Source: Candidatus Thorarchaeota archaeon (lineage in GTDB: Archaea > Asgardarchaeota > Thorarchaeia > Thorarchaeales > Thorarchaeaceae). From it: 64,000 nt of DNA. Position 1 is the first letter of the stretch; each line of letters begins with the position of its first letter. Below are positions 29,098 through 37,630 of this stretch, one piece after another. Made by a program: the position numbers and the translations under genes. Location of the stretch: positions 16,145 to 80,144 of the forward strand of contig SDNP01000012.1 in the NCBI GenBank assembly GCA_004524445.1. Reading direction: 5' to 3'. A model generated the notes under the pieces. That model saw only the letters and a program-made list of their open reading frames with translations, did no database searches and was not told the origin of the DNA.

Positions 29098-30708
29098 ATG
29101 GACGAAGAAGCGAATGAAAAGCAAGAAACCGAGTTCGACTCAGAGATGTACCTTGAGATTCTCAGAGAAAACCCACCAATGAAGCGATATGTATCGCGTG
29201 GAGATATTCCTGATTCGGTCGATATTGAGGGTCCTCATGAAGATGCAGACAGGGCCATATTTAGGGCACTACGATTCGTAATGAGTGATGGAACTCCCAG
29301 ATTCCAACCCGTACTGGGGTCCGCTGGACTTGGCAAGACGCACTTATTCTGGGCATTGAAGGACAAGGAGAATGAATTTGGGCGAGGGTCATACTTGGCA
29401 GTATACGTTCCTTCGCCACCAGCCCCTGTTCGAGTACCCCTTCATTTTCATGCATGTTTAGTAGATGAGGCTGGGGAGGAGATCTTTGAGAGCGCTACTG
29501 ATATGCTCATTACAAAAATGCGCGATGTCAAAGGAGAGCCGACTGAGATTTATGACTACAACTTGGCACTAAATCGCCTATTAGTTGATTATCCAGGTAT
29601 ATCTGCAGATGTCGTCAAGGCACTTCTCAGATACAGATTGGATCCCGGAAACAAGGATTTGGCCAGAAGATGGTTGCTCGGCGATGCACTTGATGAAGAG
29701 GAAATGGAAAGACTTGATGTACGAACTATCCTAGAGGATGATGACGTCACAATGGCCACCCTTAAGCTCCTGTTTGAGGGCTCAGATCAGCCGATTCTCT
29801 TGTTCATCGATGAGATGGAGGGTCCCTACAACACTCATGGAGAAGAGGGAGAACGTCATTTTTTGGAGATAATCAAGATGATCTACCATGAGGGCACAAA
29901 TGTAGCCATTGTCACATCTTGTCTCACCGACATCTGGGACCGTATTTTTGAGATAGCAGATGAGCCCACGAAGACACGAATGGAGGAACCAGTACACCTC
30001 AGAAAATTTGAGAGAGAAGACATCGAACGATTCATCATTGAATCCATGACTAAGTATTGGACTGAACAAAACATAGTGCCTCCTCCCAACCCAACCTATC
30101 CTCTTGGCAAGAAGCACATTGAAGAAGCATTTGAAATATCTAAAGGAAACCCGCGGGAAGCTCTCAGGCACTTGATCCCACTTATTGACTCCATACTCTT
30201 TGAAACAGAACCCGAACCCATTGAACCACAAGCAGATTATGTGATCAAACTAACGGCACCAGTAGTCATTAATTCGATAGCAGCTGGGCTTCAACAGATT
30301 GGAGAACAGGAAGATATACAGGTCAGCCTTATGGTTGCCAAGGGTGTCGCTGACCGGCAAGCCACAGCGATTCTTCGAGCCGAGAAGGGAGATACCGCAA
30401 AGCGAATAGCCATAGATGTGGCAAACGTGAAGGATTGGAATCGAAGCGGAGGAGTTGCGGCATATTACTCAGTAAAGCGGCTAAAAGAAATAATGGATAA
30501 AGATGAAGCGGACTTTGCCATAGTTGCTGTGCCAGAGGAAACGGGAGGCACAAAGTTCCAGGCAATAAGTGATGACTTGGATGAAAAACTGACAAGCCTC
30601 AAATTAACAGAAGAATCAGCTAGATCGCTGGTCAGGGGGACAACTGAGGAGAAGCTTGATGCTTTTCAATCACAGGTGTTCAAGGATATTCTCTCAAAGC
30701 TATTCTAA
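29098..30708 (+). CDS. P-loop AAA+ ATPase, BrxD/DUF2791-like
   Basis: Walker A GSAGLGKTH, Walker B LLFIDEME, RRWLLGD...LDVRTILEDDD...LKLL, GNPREAL. Confidence 0.75.
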   Translation: MDEEANEKQETEFDSEMYLEILRENPPMKRYVSRGDIPDSVDIEGPHEDADRAIFRALRFVMSDGTPRFQPVLGSAGLGKTHLFWALKDKENEFGRGSYLAVYVPSPPAPVRVPLHFHACLVDEAGEEIFESATDMLITKMRDVKGEPTEIYDYNLALNRLLVDYPGISADVVKALLRYRLDPGNKDLARRWLLGDALDEEEMERLDVRTILEDDDVTMATLKLLFEGSDQPILLFIDEMEGPYNTHGEEGERHFLEIIKMIYHEGTNVAIVTSCLTDIWDRIFEIADEPTKTRMEEPVHLRKFEREDIERFIIESMTKYWTEQNIVPPPNPTYPLGKKHIEEAFEISKGNPREALRHLIPLIDSILFETEPEPIEPQADYVIKLTAPVVINSIAAGLQQIGEQEDIQVSLMVAKGVADRQATAILRAEKGDTAKRIAIDVANVKDWNRSGGVAAYYSVKRLKEIMDKDEADFAIVAVPEETGGTKFQAISDDLDEKLTSLKLTEESARSLVRGTTEEKLDAFQSQVFKDILSKLF

Positions 30709-30724
30709 CTTCGCTCCCGCATGA

Positions 30725-31453
30725 CTAGGGACGACCGAGTCTTTCAATAAGTTCCTTATGCTCGCAGGATGGCATCATTTTCACAGCCTCTGCTATATTC
30801 TGACTGACATGCTTGGGAATATGAGTGTCCTGCCAAATGTGATGACGCTTGAACTCTGCAATTTCAAGATTCTCGCAAATTCCTCGAATAGTAGTGGTTA
30901 GGTCTGTCTGAATGCTTCTCATGGTTCGGGAGTTTATAAGAGGAAAAATAATGCTTGGAGCGGCGGGAATCAGAAACAATAGTGCAAACCCTAAAGATGT
31001 AGCCGGCATCCATTGCAGAAGAAAATCAATCGTGTCGACAGGCATGGAAAGAATATTGTATACGTGCAAAAGGGCGGCAGTATACGATCCGATATACAAG
31101 AGGAGGGATACAAAAGATATGACCAGAAAGGGAAACCCCACCAGCAATAGATTGTCAATCATGTTTCTCTTTGAAACGTAGGGCAGGATAGCTCCTCCAA
31201 TGAAACTCGTATCGTCATTCCCTTTCACCCTCTGGAATGGGAGAACACAATCATTCAATTTCAAAGAAAGAAAACTCCTGTCACTATGTTGTGTTATACT
31301 TTCATATCCCTTCTCAGAAAATCTCTCAAGGAGCAATTCAAGTGTAGGAAGAGGTTCACCCTGTATGAGGAAAAGAAACCCCTGGTCAGAGTCCATTGGT
31401 TTCAGGTACCACAACCTACACATGGTCCTCAAAATATTTCCGTACTCATCCAA
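30725..31453 (-). CDS. Hypothetical membrane protein
   Basis: 242-aa ORF with two hydrophobic segments. Confidence 0.65.
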   Translation of the reverse strand: MDEYGNILRTMCRLWYLKPMDSDQGFLFLIQGEPLPTLELLLERFSEKGYESITQHSDRSFLSLKLNDCVLPFQRVKGNDDTSFIGGAILPYVSKRNMIDNLLLVGFPFLVISFVSLLLYIGSYTAALLHVYNILSMPVDTIDFLLQWMPATSLGFALLFLIPAAPSIIFPLINSRTMRSIQTDLTTTIRGICENLEIAEFKRHHIWQDTHIPKHVSQNIAEAVKMMPSCEHKELIERLGRP

Positions 31454-31623
31454 CTTAAATTAACGGGGTATCTATCATATTAACTCGAGTTTGATTTCAT
31501 TTATTATGCAACTTGTAATTTCGCAAGTATCAATCCCAAGGTTGATTGTTTCTTTCTGATAGTTCAAAGAAGATAATATTGAATGTATTTCGAAAAATAA
31601 TCGTACAATTGATGGACAAATCA

Positions 31624-32082
31624 TTATTCGTCTTCAAGAATGATTTTTGCCGTGCCTTCGAAAACGGAAAGCTGGTCATCTGTGATTTTATTTCCACCTT
31701 CATCCACCACATACCAAGCAGATTTTGGGTCAATTTCATCAAATGGCCATTGCTCCTCCAAGACATTCCGTAAAATCTTGTCAGGTTCTGCCCTTAGGAA
31801 GTACTCGTCCCCGGTCGCGGGATTCTTCACCACTCGAGCAATTTTGCCATCTTGTTCCTTCGTTATGCTGGTGGATGAGCGTAGAATGTTTAGTTTGCCA
31901 GAAAAGTAACAGAAACTAAGAAAGAGGAGGATAGATGTAACAATAAGGAGTGAGGCAGATTGGGTTGGGGGAAGAGGAAGTATACCTGTTTCCCTAAACG
32001 CGCCCCAATAATAGAGAAGAATTATTGCAAAGGGAACTAGAAGGAATAATGCTGAAAGGATACCAATCTCTTTCTTCTTCAA
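31624..32082 (-). CDS. 2-TM protein with C-terminal ubiquitin-like (beta-grasp) domain
   Basis: Two TM helices, then VVKNPATGDEYFLRAEPDKILRNVL...WYVVDEGGNKITDDQLS...TAKIIL. Confidence 0.65.
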   Translation of the reverse strand: MKKKEIGILSALFLLVPFAIILLYYWGAFRETGILPLPPTQSASLLIVTSILLFLSFCYFSGKLNILRSSTSITKEQDGKIARVVKNPATGDEYFLRAEPDKILRNVLEEQWPFDEIDPKSAWYVVDEGGNKITDDQLSVFEGTAKIILEDE

Positions 32083-32204
32083 TCGCTAAGCACACCCACC
32101 CGAATTCGTTGTGTAACTGACATCTCCTTGGTAAAACAGGGAATTTACGCATAAATAGCTTCGGTGCAAATCGATGCAATTGGCAGAGGTTCTATTTCTG
32201 CAAT

Positions 32205-33311
32205 TTAGTTGCAGAATACGAATATGCTTTCGACGACATCGCGGAACTCATCATGAGGTAAGGCTTCATGGGCGCCAATATTCGTGTCACCATATCTCTC
32301 TTGATAATAGAGAACTACTCTACGTAATCCAACTCTGCAGAGTTCATCCGCATTTTCAACGACCAGATAGCATGCAAAATCATCAGACCGCTCAATGATC
32401 ACCTCTCTTGATTCAAGCCGTACGTGGCGCAGATTTTCTTCTCTGTCAGTACTCCTAGTTATCTCATCAATGAGTTTGGATGTCCCACAGATTGCTGCTG
32501 ATGTCAACTCAGCTGTGATGAGGTTATCTTGACTCCAGTCATAATAAGCCAACGCCATGCTGGTATCGATTGAGGAAACAAGTATGATTCGTTGGGGAGT
32601 CGCGTGTGAGAATGAGAGAAAGAGAGGATGGCGTGTGAAAGCATAGATTACCAAGCCCACCGAGAAAGAAAATGAAACATTGGATACCACAGCCCCATAC
32701 TGATTTGGTAAAATGAAAAGAATGAAAGAGCCTAGAAAGGCCGTAATCAATCCCACATAGAGGAGTTTCAACGACCTTCGTACCATGTAGGGGATGTTCT
32801 CTGATTTTTTCCTTTTCGCAACAATGCCCAAGATTTCTAGGGCAGGAAGAGCGGTCAACGCATTAAGTATCACAAAAAGCATATTGTCCGACGTTACAAA
32901 CCATATAGAATTCAAGTAATCATAGATTACGAACACATTTCCAGGAAGAATATACATAACGCACATTCCAGCATATATCATTGCATAGAGTATGAGACGG
33001 TCCCAACTCACTTTGGCCTGTCCACCAATAATTCCTCTTAGGATCAAGAATGCCCCCAAATAGAACAGCAGACCGCTACTCCGAAGAGATACCTCCATGA
33101 TGATCTGATCCGTGTTGGCTGGTGAATACCTAAACAACAAATCCACTATGCTGGAAGTGCCAAGAAGAATCATACCGGAGGAAACGAATAGAAGGGGTCG
33201 GAATTCCCACTTGCGATATGCATCAATGGACCGCCATGCCATATACAGAAAGATGAGCAAAGTGATGACAATGGCGGCAATGTTTAATAGAGCAATAGAT
33301 GAGAGTTGCAT
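32205..33311 (-). CDS. 7-TM membrane protein with C-terminal longin-like domain
   Basis: Seven hydrophobic helices, then a beta-beta-alpha-beta-beta-beta-alpha-alpha pattern (RIILVS..ALAYYDW..ELTSAAICG..IDEI..RHVRLE..VIIER..CYLVV..LRRV..YQERY..FRDVVESIF). Confidence 0.75.
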   Translation of the reverse strand: MQLSSIALLNIAAIVITLLIFLYMAWRSIDAYRKWEFRPLLFVSSGMILLGTSSIVDLLFRYSPANTDQIIMEVSLRSSGLLFYLGAFLILRGIIGGQAKVSWDRLILYAMIYAGMCVMYILPGNVFVIYDYLNSIWFVTSDNMLFVILNALTALPALEILGIVAKRKKSENIPYMVRRSLKLLYVGLITAFLGSFILFILPNQYGAVVSNVSFSFSVGLVIYAFTRHPLFLSFSHATPQRIILVSSIDTSMALAYYDWSQDNLITAELTSAAICGTSKLIDEITRSTDREENLRHVRLESREVIIERSDDFACYLVVENADELCRVGLRRVVLYYQERYGDTNIGAHEALPHDEFRDVVESIFVFCN

Positions 33312-33519
33312 TTTGGTGGTGCGCTCCGACAGGATGCTTTGCTAGGTAGCGTGAGTTGTAGATGAGAATGAGCCTAGCAGAATAATAAGTCTATGTCAAC
33401 TGGAATGAGGGTTTAGCAACATCAAAAGCAAACTTGGAGATATATGAGATGACAGTTTGGACAATGAGCGGGCTTCAGTGTGGCGCTTAAATTCTCTGCT
33501 TCTGAACTCTCATCCGAGG

Positions 33520-33958
33520 TCATCCCACGACCTCAAGGAGTTCAACCCAGTACCGTTTCTGGGAGGACAACACTCCTTTGTGCAAGATTGTCCAACCTAG
33601 AATAAACGGTTTCTCAAGACGTAGTTCACCCAATCTAATCTCGAATACAGTGTCAGCAGCATCAATCTTACTGCCGACTATTTGGGCATAATTTCTCAAA
33701 ATTGCTGCTCTCTTGTCTGTTGTATAAGCCATATAGCTAATATGGCAATAGTTCGAATGTCATCTTGCCGTACTGAAATTTCCTCTACCTTCTTTAGAAT
33801 CTCAAGAAGTCCATTAGCCTCTAAAGTTGCCCTCTGTGATGTCAATTCAGCGACAATCTTCTCCATATCATCTGCGAATTAATCAAGTGATTGTTTCACT
33901 TCTTTGACCGTGCGCCATCAACTATTTGATCTACATTCCAAGACCGATCTTCCACCAT
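33520..33958 (-). pseudogene. Decayed gene fragment, possibly oligoendopeptidase F (M3B) N-terminus
   Basis: GAGGAG plus ATG 33958 gives MVEDRSWNVDQIVDG then an early stop; protein-like helical text continues in two other frames (..LLEILKKVEEI.., ..YTTDKRAAIL..FEIRLGEL..). Confidence 0.45.
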
Positions 33959-34049
33959 AATGAAAACCAGCTCCTCAGCATAGCAATTGCATTAAAAGCA
34001 CTGCAGTCTCAGCCTTCATCAAGACGCAAGACAATGGACGCACATTAGG

Positions 34050-34715
34050 TTGAGTGAAGATACAATGGCAGCCTATCGATATGACCTGCACATACACACC
34101 AACTACTCAGATGGCGTTGCCTCTGTCAGAGAAGTTGTGGAGAAGGCAGCGGCACTCCGACTTGAAACAATAGCTATCACCGACCACTTCTGGCCATCTT
34201 TGGGTAGTCAACGGGCAAAGAGAGGACTCATCAAAAATCGCAGAATCGAAATCGACCAGCTGAGAAGTGAGTATCCAGGACTCAGAATTCTTGATGGGGC
34301 AGAAGTAGATATCATGCCATATGGTAAACTGGCAGATGTTTCGGGTGGGTACGGTCAATTTGACATCCTAATAGGTTCATTTCATTACACCTGCGATTCA
34401 TCACTCTGGAGTTCTACATTGATAAAGGCACTGAGAGAGTTCAACTTCGATACATTGGGACATTGGGATGGTTATCTGACAAATTATCGGAAAGAGGACG
34501 GGCGGAGAGCGGCACAAGCACTTGCAGAAGCAAATGTGGCGATAGAATTGAGCGCCAGATATCCTGTCAGTCATACCGAGTTCCTAGAACTTGCGAGGGA
34601 TGCCGGCTGTAAGTTTGTCTTGGGAAGCGATGCGCATACCCTTAACGAGATTGGACGATTAGATGACCAAATCAAGATGGCAGAAGCTCTGAATCTTCCT
34701 CTCGTAGAGTATTAG
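34050..34715 (+). CDS. PHP domain protein
   Basis: DLHIHTNYSDG, ITDH, GAEVD, GSDAH. Confidence 0.9.
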   Translation: MSEDTMAAYRYDLHIHTNYSDGVASVREVVEKAAALRLETIAITDHFWPSLGSQRAKRGLIKNRRIEIDQLRSEYPGLRILDGAEVDIMPYGKLADVSGGYGQFDILIGSFHYTCDSSLWSSTLIKALREFNFDTLGHWDGYLTNYRKEDGRRAAQALAEANVAIELSARYPVSHTEFLELARDAGCKFVLGSDAHTLNEIGRLDDQIKMAEALNLPLVEY

Positions 34716-34796
34716 CAGGGTAAAGAAGAATATCCAGAACGTTTTTGTCTGCTATCACCTCTCTATTTCCTGGATATTTAACGGAGGAATAACTCG

Positions 34797-35219
34797 ATGA
34801 ATGAAGATAAGCTGCTATTCCCATCAGAAGAATGGATTAATATTTACATGGAAAAGCTGAACAACAATAAGGCCTACAAAGACGCGGCGTCCACTTGGGA
34901 GGGCGATTTCATTTTTCAAATAGACCCCGATGGTGAGATAGTGGAGGAACCCATCAGATTCTACTTAGACCTTTGGCATGGTGATTGCAGAGAGGCAAAG
35001 ATGGCGGATGAGGATACTGATGCTGAGTTTGTCTACCAAGGCCCGTACAAGAATTGGAAGAAGTTGATTGAGGGAGAGATAGACCCGATAAAGGGACTGA
35101 TGTCAAGGAAATTTAAGCTCGGAAAAGGCGACATGGGAAAAATTATGCGAGCTACAAAGGCAGCAGCTGAGCTGGTGGCTACTGCATCGCAAATGCCAAC
35201 CAAGTATCTAGACGAATAG
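34797..35219 (+). CDS. SCP2 sterol/lipid-binding domain protein
   Basis: FPSEEW, LDLWHGDC, WKKLIEGEIDPIKGLM..KFKL..GDMGKIMR. Confidence 0.88.
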   Translation: MNEDKLLFPSEEWINIYMEKLNNNKAYKDAASTWEGDFIFQIDPDGEIVEEPIRFYLDLWHGDCREAKMADEDTDAEFVYQGPYKNWKKLIEGEIDPIKGLMSRKFKLGKGDMGKIMRATKAAAELVATASQMPTKYLDE

Positions 35220-35253
35220 AACAAACAGCTAAAGACTACCAGGAGCAAGAGTA

Positions 35254-36339
35254 TTGAGCTTTCTTTACACTGATGTCTGTACATCTTTAGGCATCAAGTA
35301 TCCCATATTCCAAGGAGGAATGGGGCCCTATAAGACGGAAGACTTGGCGATAGCTGTCAGTAATGCCGGTGCACTAGGAGTGATTAGTAGCATCGGGATG
35401 GCAGCAACGCTTCTACCCGAAGCAGCACCTGTCGATGCAAAGAGGATGTTTGGAGAGGACCCACCAAAAGAGCTGCTGAGAAAATCAATAGAACGAGTCG
35501 CGGAAGAAACAAAGGCAAGTGAGGGAATATTTGGGGTAAATGTGCCCGTGGCATCTGAGTTCATTCTAGCATCCAAGATGTTCGTGGAACAAGTAATCGA
35601 ATCAAGAGAGAACGATTCAGAAATTGAGAAGCGGCTCAGAGTTTTAGTTACGTCAGCAGGCAACCCCACCCCATGGGCGGAAGTGAAGAAGCATGGGCTG
35701 ACCTGGGTTCATGTTGTACCATCAGTCTATCACGCCAAAAAGGCCGAAAAAGCAGGAGCAGATATAATCGTCGCTTCGGGGCATGAGGGAGGGGCACATG
35801 TTTCATGGGACCCGGTTCACTCAATGGTCTTAGTACCTGCGGTGGTGCGAAGCGTGGATGTGCCGGTTGTTGCCGCGGGAGGCTTTTGTGATGGGGCATC
35901 TTTGGCTGCTGCGATTTGTTTGGGTGCAGATGGTATTCAGATGGGAACCAGATTCATTGCAACAAAAGAAAGCGATTTCGAAGATCTTTGGAAGAAGGCG
36001 ATTATTGACAGAGAGGAAAGACAGACGTTAACGGGAAGGGGGCTATTTGGACCAATGAGATTCCTACGAAATAAGAGAGCCGAGAGGATTGTAGAGAGAA
36101 CATTGAAGGATGTACCTTCATTCTATCTCGGAGAACCAGTGCAGTCAAATGAAGAAATCCTGGAATTGGAGAGGTCAGGTTTCGATGAGCTCCTCAATGG
36201 CAATGAGAGTGAAGCACTCATGTTTGGTGGGGAGTGTTCAGGCCGAGTTGACGATCTCCCGTCAGTAGAGGAGCTAATAACTAGAATAATGAATGAATCA
36301 AGGAGCGCTTTCAACCGCATATGTGACAGTCTGGAGTAA
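35254..36339 (+). CDS. Nitronate monooxygenase / FabK-like FMN enzyme
   Basis: PIFQGGMG, AVSNAGALG, GHEGGAH, VVAAGG, GIQMGTRF. Confidence 0.9.
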   Translation: MSFLYTDVCTSLGIKYPIFQGGMGPYKTEDLAIAVSNAGALGVISSIGMAATLLPEAAPVDAKRMFGEDPPKELLRKSIERVAEETKASEGIFGVNVPVASEFILASKMFVEQVIESRENDSEIEKRLRVLVTSAGNPTPWAEVKKHGLTWVHVVPSVYHAKKAEKAGADIIVASGHEGGAHVSWDPVHSMVLVPAVVRSVDVPVVAAGGFCDGASLAAAICLGADGIQMGTRFIATKESDFEDLWKKAIIDREERQTLTGRGLFGPMRFLRNKRAERIVERTLKDVPSFYLGEPVQSNEEILELERSGFDELLNGNESEALMFGGECSGRVDDLPSVEELITRIMNESRSAFNRICDSLE

Positions 36340-36443
36340 CTACTCGAAAGAGTCAGCAGACATAAGAGGGAGTGTTCTAATTGATTGAAAGGAAGGCATA
36401 TTCAAGCAAATAGCAGGTATGCCATGCCAAGAGGAATGAGAAG

Positions 36444-37619
36444 ATGGTCTGGTGGTTTCTAGTCCCGAAGGTTGTGTTTGGCGAAGATGCTCTCGATGAA
36501 CTTGAGCAGATTGAAGGTAAGAAGGCATTCATTGTCACTGACAAGGTGATTGCGGAAATCGGGCTTGCGGAGAAAGTACAGACAAAGCTTCAAGCACTCA
36601 ACTGGGACGTTCGCATCTGGAACAATGCAGAGGCAGATCCAAAGGTTTCGACAGCAAAATCAGCGGCGAAGGAGATGCGAAGCTTTGGAGCAGATTGGAT
36701 TTTTGCTATTGGAGGCGGATCCGTCATGGATGCCGCAAAAGCCGCGTGGGTACTCTATGCGAACCCAGACATGAATCTGGAGGCACTCACACCCTTCGAC
36801 TCTATAGGGGTCAGAGAGAAAGCAAAACTGGTTTGTATTCCGACAACTGCGGGGACAGGTTCAGAAACAACAAAGGCAATAGTTGTTCGCGAAGATGAGT
36901 CAGGTAGAAAGTTCGCAACTATCAATTCGGAACTTGTGGCGGATTTGGCAATATTGGAGCCAGAGTTTGTCAAAGGTCTACCCCGGGACTTGACTGCCTA
37001 CACGGGAATGGATGCACTGACTCATGCAGTTGAGGCGTATGTATCCATGTGGAAAAATGACTTTTCAGATGCATGTGCTCGTCAAGCTATTCGTATGGTC
37101 TTTCAATGGCTGCCTAAGTCAGTAGACAACCTGGAGGATTTAGAAGCGAGAGAAAAGATGCTTGTTGCTGCCAATCTTGCAGGTATGGCATTCAGTAATT
37201 CGCAAGTCTGTCTGGCGCACTCTCTCGGACATAGTATGGGATCAGTTCTTCGCACACAGCACGGTCTTGCTGTTGGATTGGCCCTTCCATACACCATAGA
37301 ATACAGCGCACATGATAACCCAGAAACCGCGACTCACTATTCTGATTTGGCAGGAATGCTGGGAATTGTCGAAAAGTCTGAGGAGGGCACAGCACGGCTT
37401 TTCGCAGAAAGCATTCGGAACTTACAGAAATCGATTGGCTTTCCTACAAGCATAAAGGAAGCGGGGGTTACAGAGGAGGAATTTGAGAAAGCTCTAGATA
37501 AAATGGTAGAATTCGCCATGATGGATTCTAGTATCACGATGACGCCAAGGAATATTGGAAGCGGAGAAATACGGAGAATGTATGAATACATGTTCGATGG
37601 CAAGAGAATTGATTTCTAG
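36444..37619 (+). CDS. Iron-containing alcohol dehydrogenase
   Basis: GGGSVMDAAK, PTTAGTGSE, GMDALTHAVE, LAHSLGH, HG. Confidence 0.95.
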   Translation: MVWWFLVPKVVFGEDALDELEQIEGKKAFIVTDKVIAEIGLAEKVQTKLQALNWDVRIWNNAEADPKVSTAKSAAKEMRSFGADWIFAIGGGSVMDAAKAAWVLYANPDMNLEALTPFDSIGVREKAKLVCIPTTAGTGSETTKAIVVREDESGRKFATINSELVADLAILEPEFVKGLPRDLTAYTGMDALTHAVEAYVSMWKNDFSDACARQAIRMVFQWLPKSVDNLEDLEAREKMLVAANLAGMAFSNSQVCLAHSLGHSMGSVLRTQHGLAVGLALPYTIEYSAHDNPETATHYSDLAGMLGIVEKSEEGTARLFAESIRNLQKSIGFPTSIKEAGVTEEEFEKALDKMVEFAMMDSSITMTPRNIGSGEIRRMYEYMFDGKRIDF

Positions 37620-37630
37620 GTGGGCTTGAA

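Noticed and set aside
29098-30708. Complete BREX system or Cdc6/Orc1 origin locus
   Set aside because: No other brx/pgl genes, no recognisable Orc1 winged-helix tail, and no ORB repeats seen
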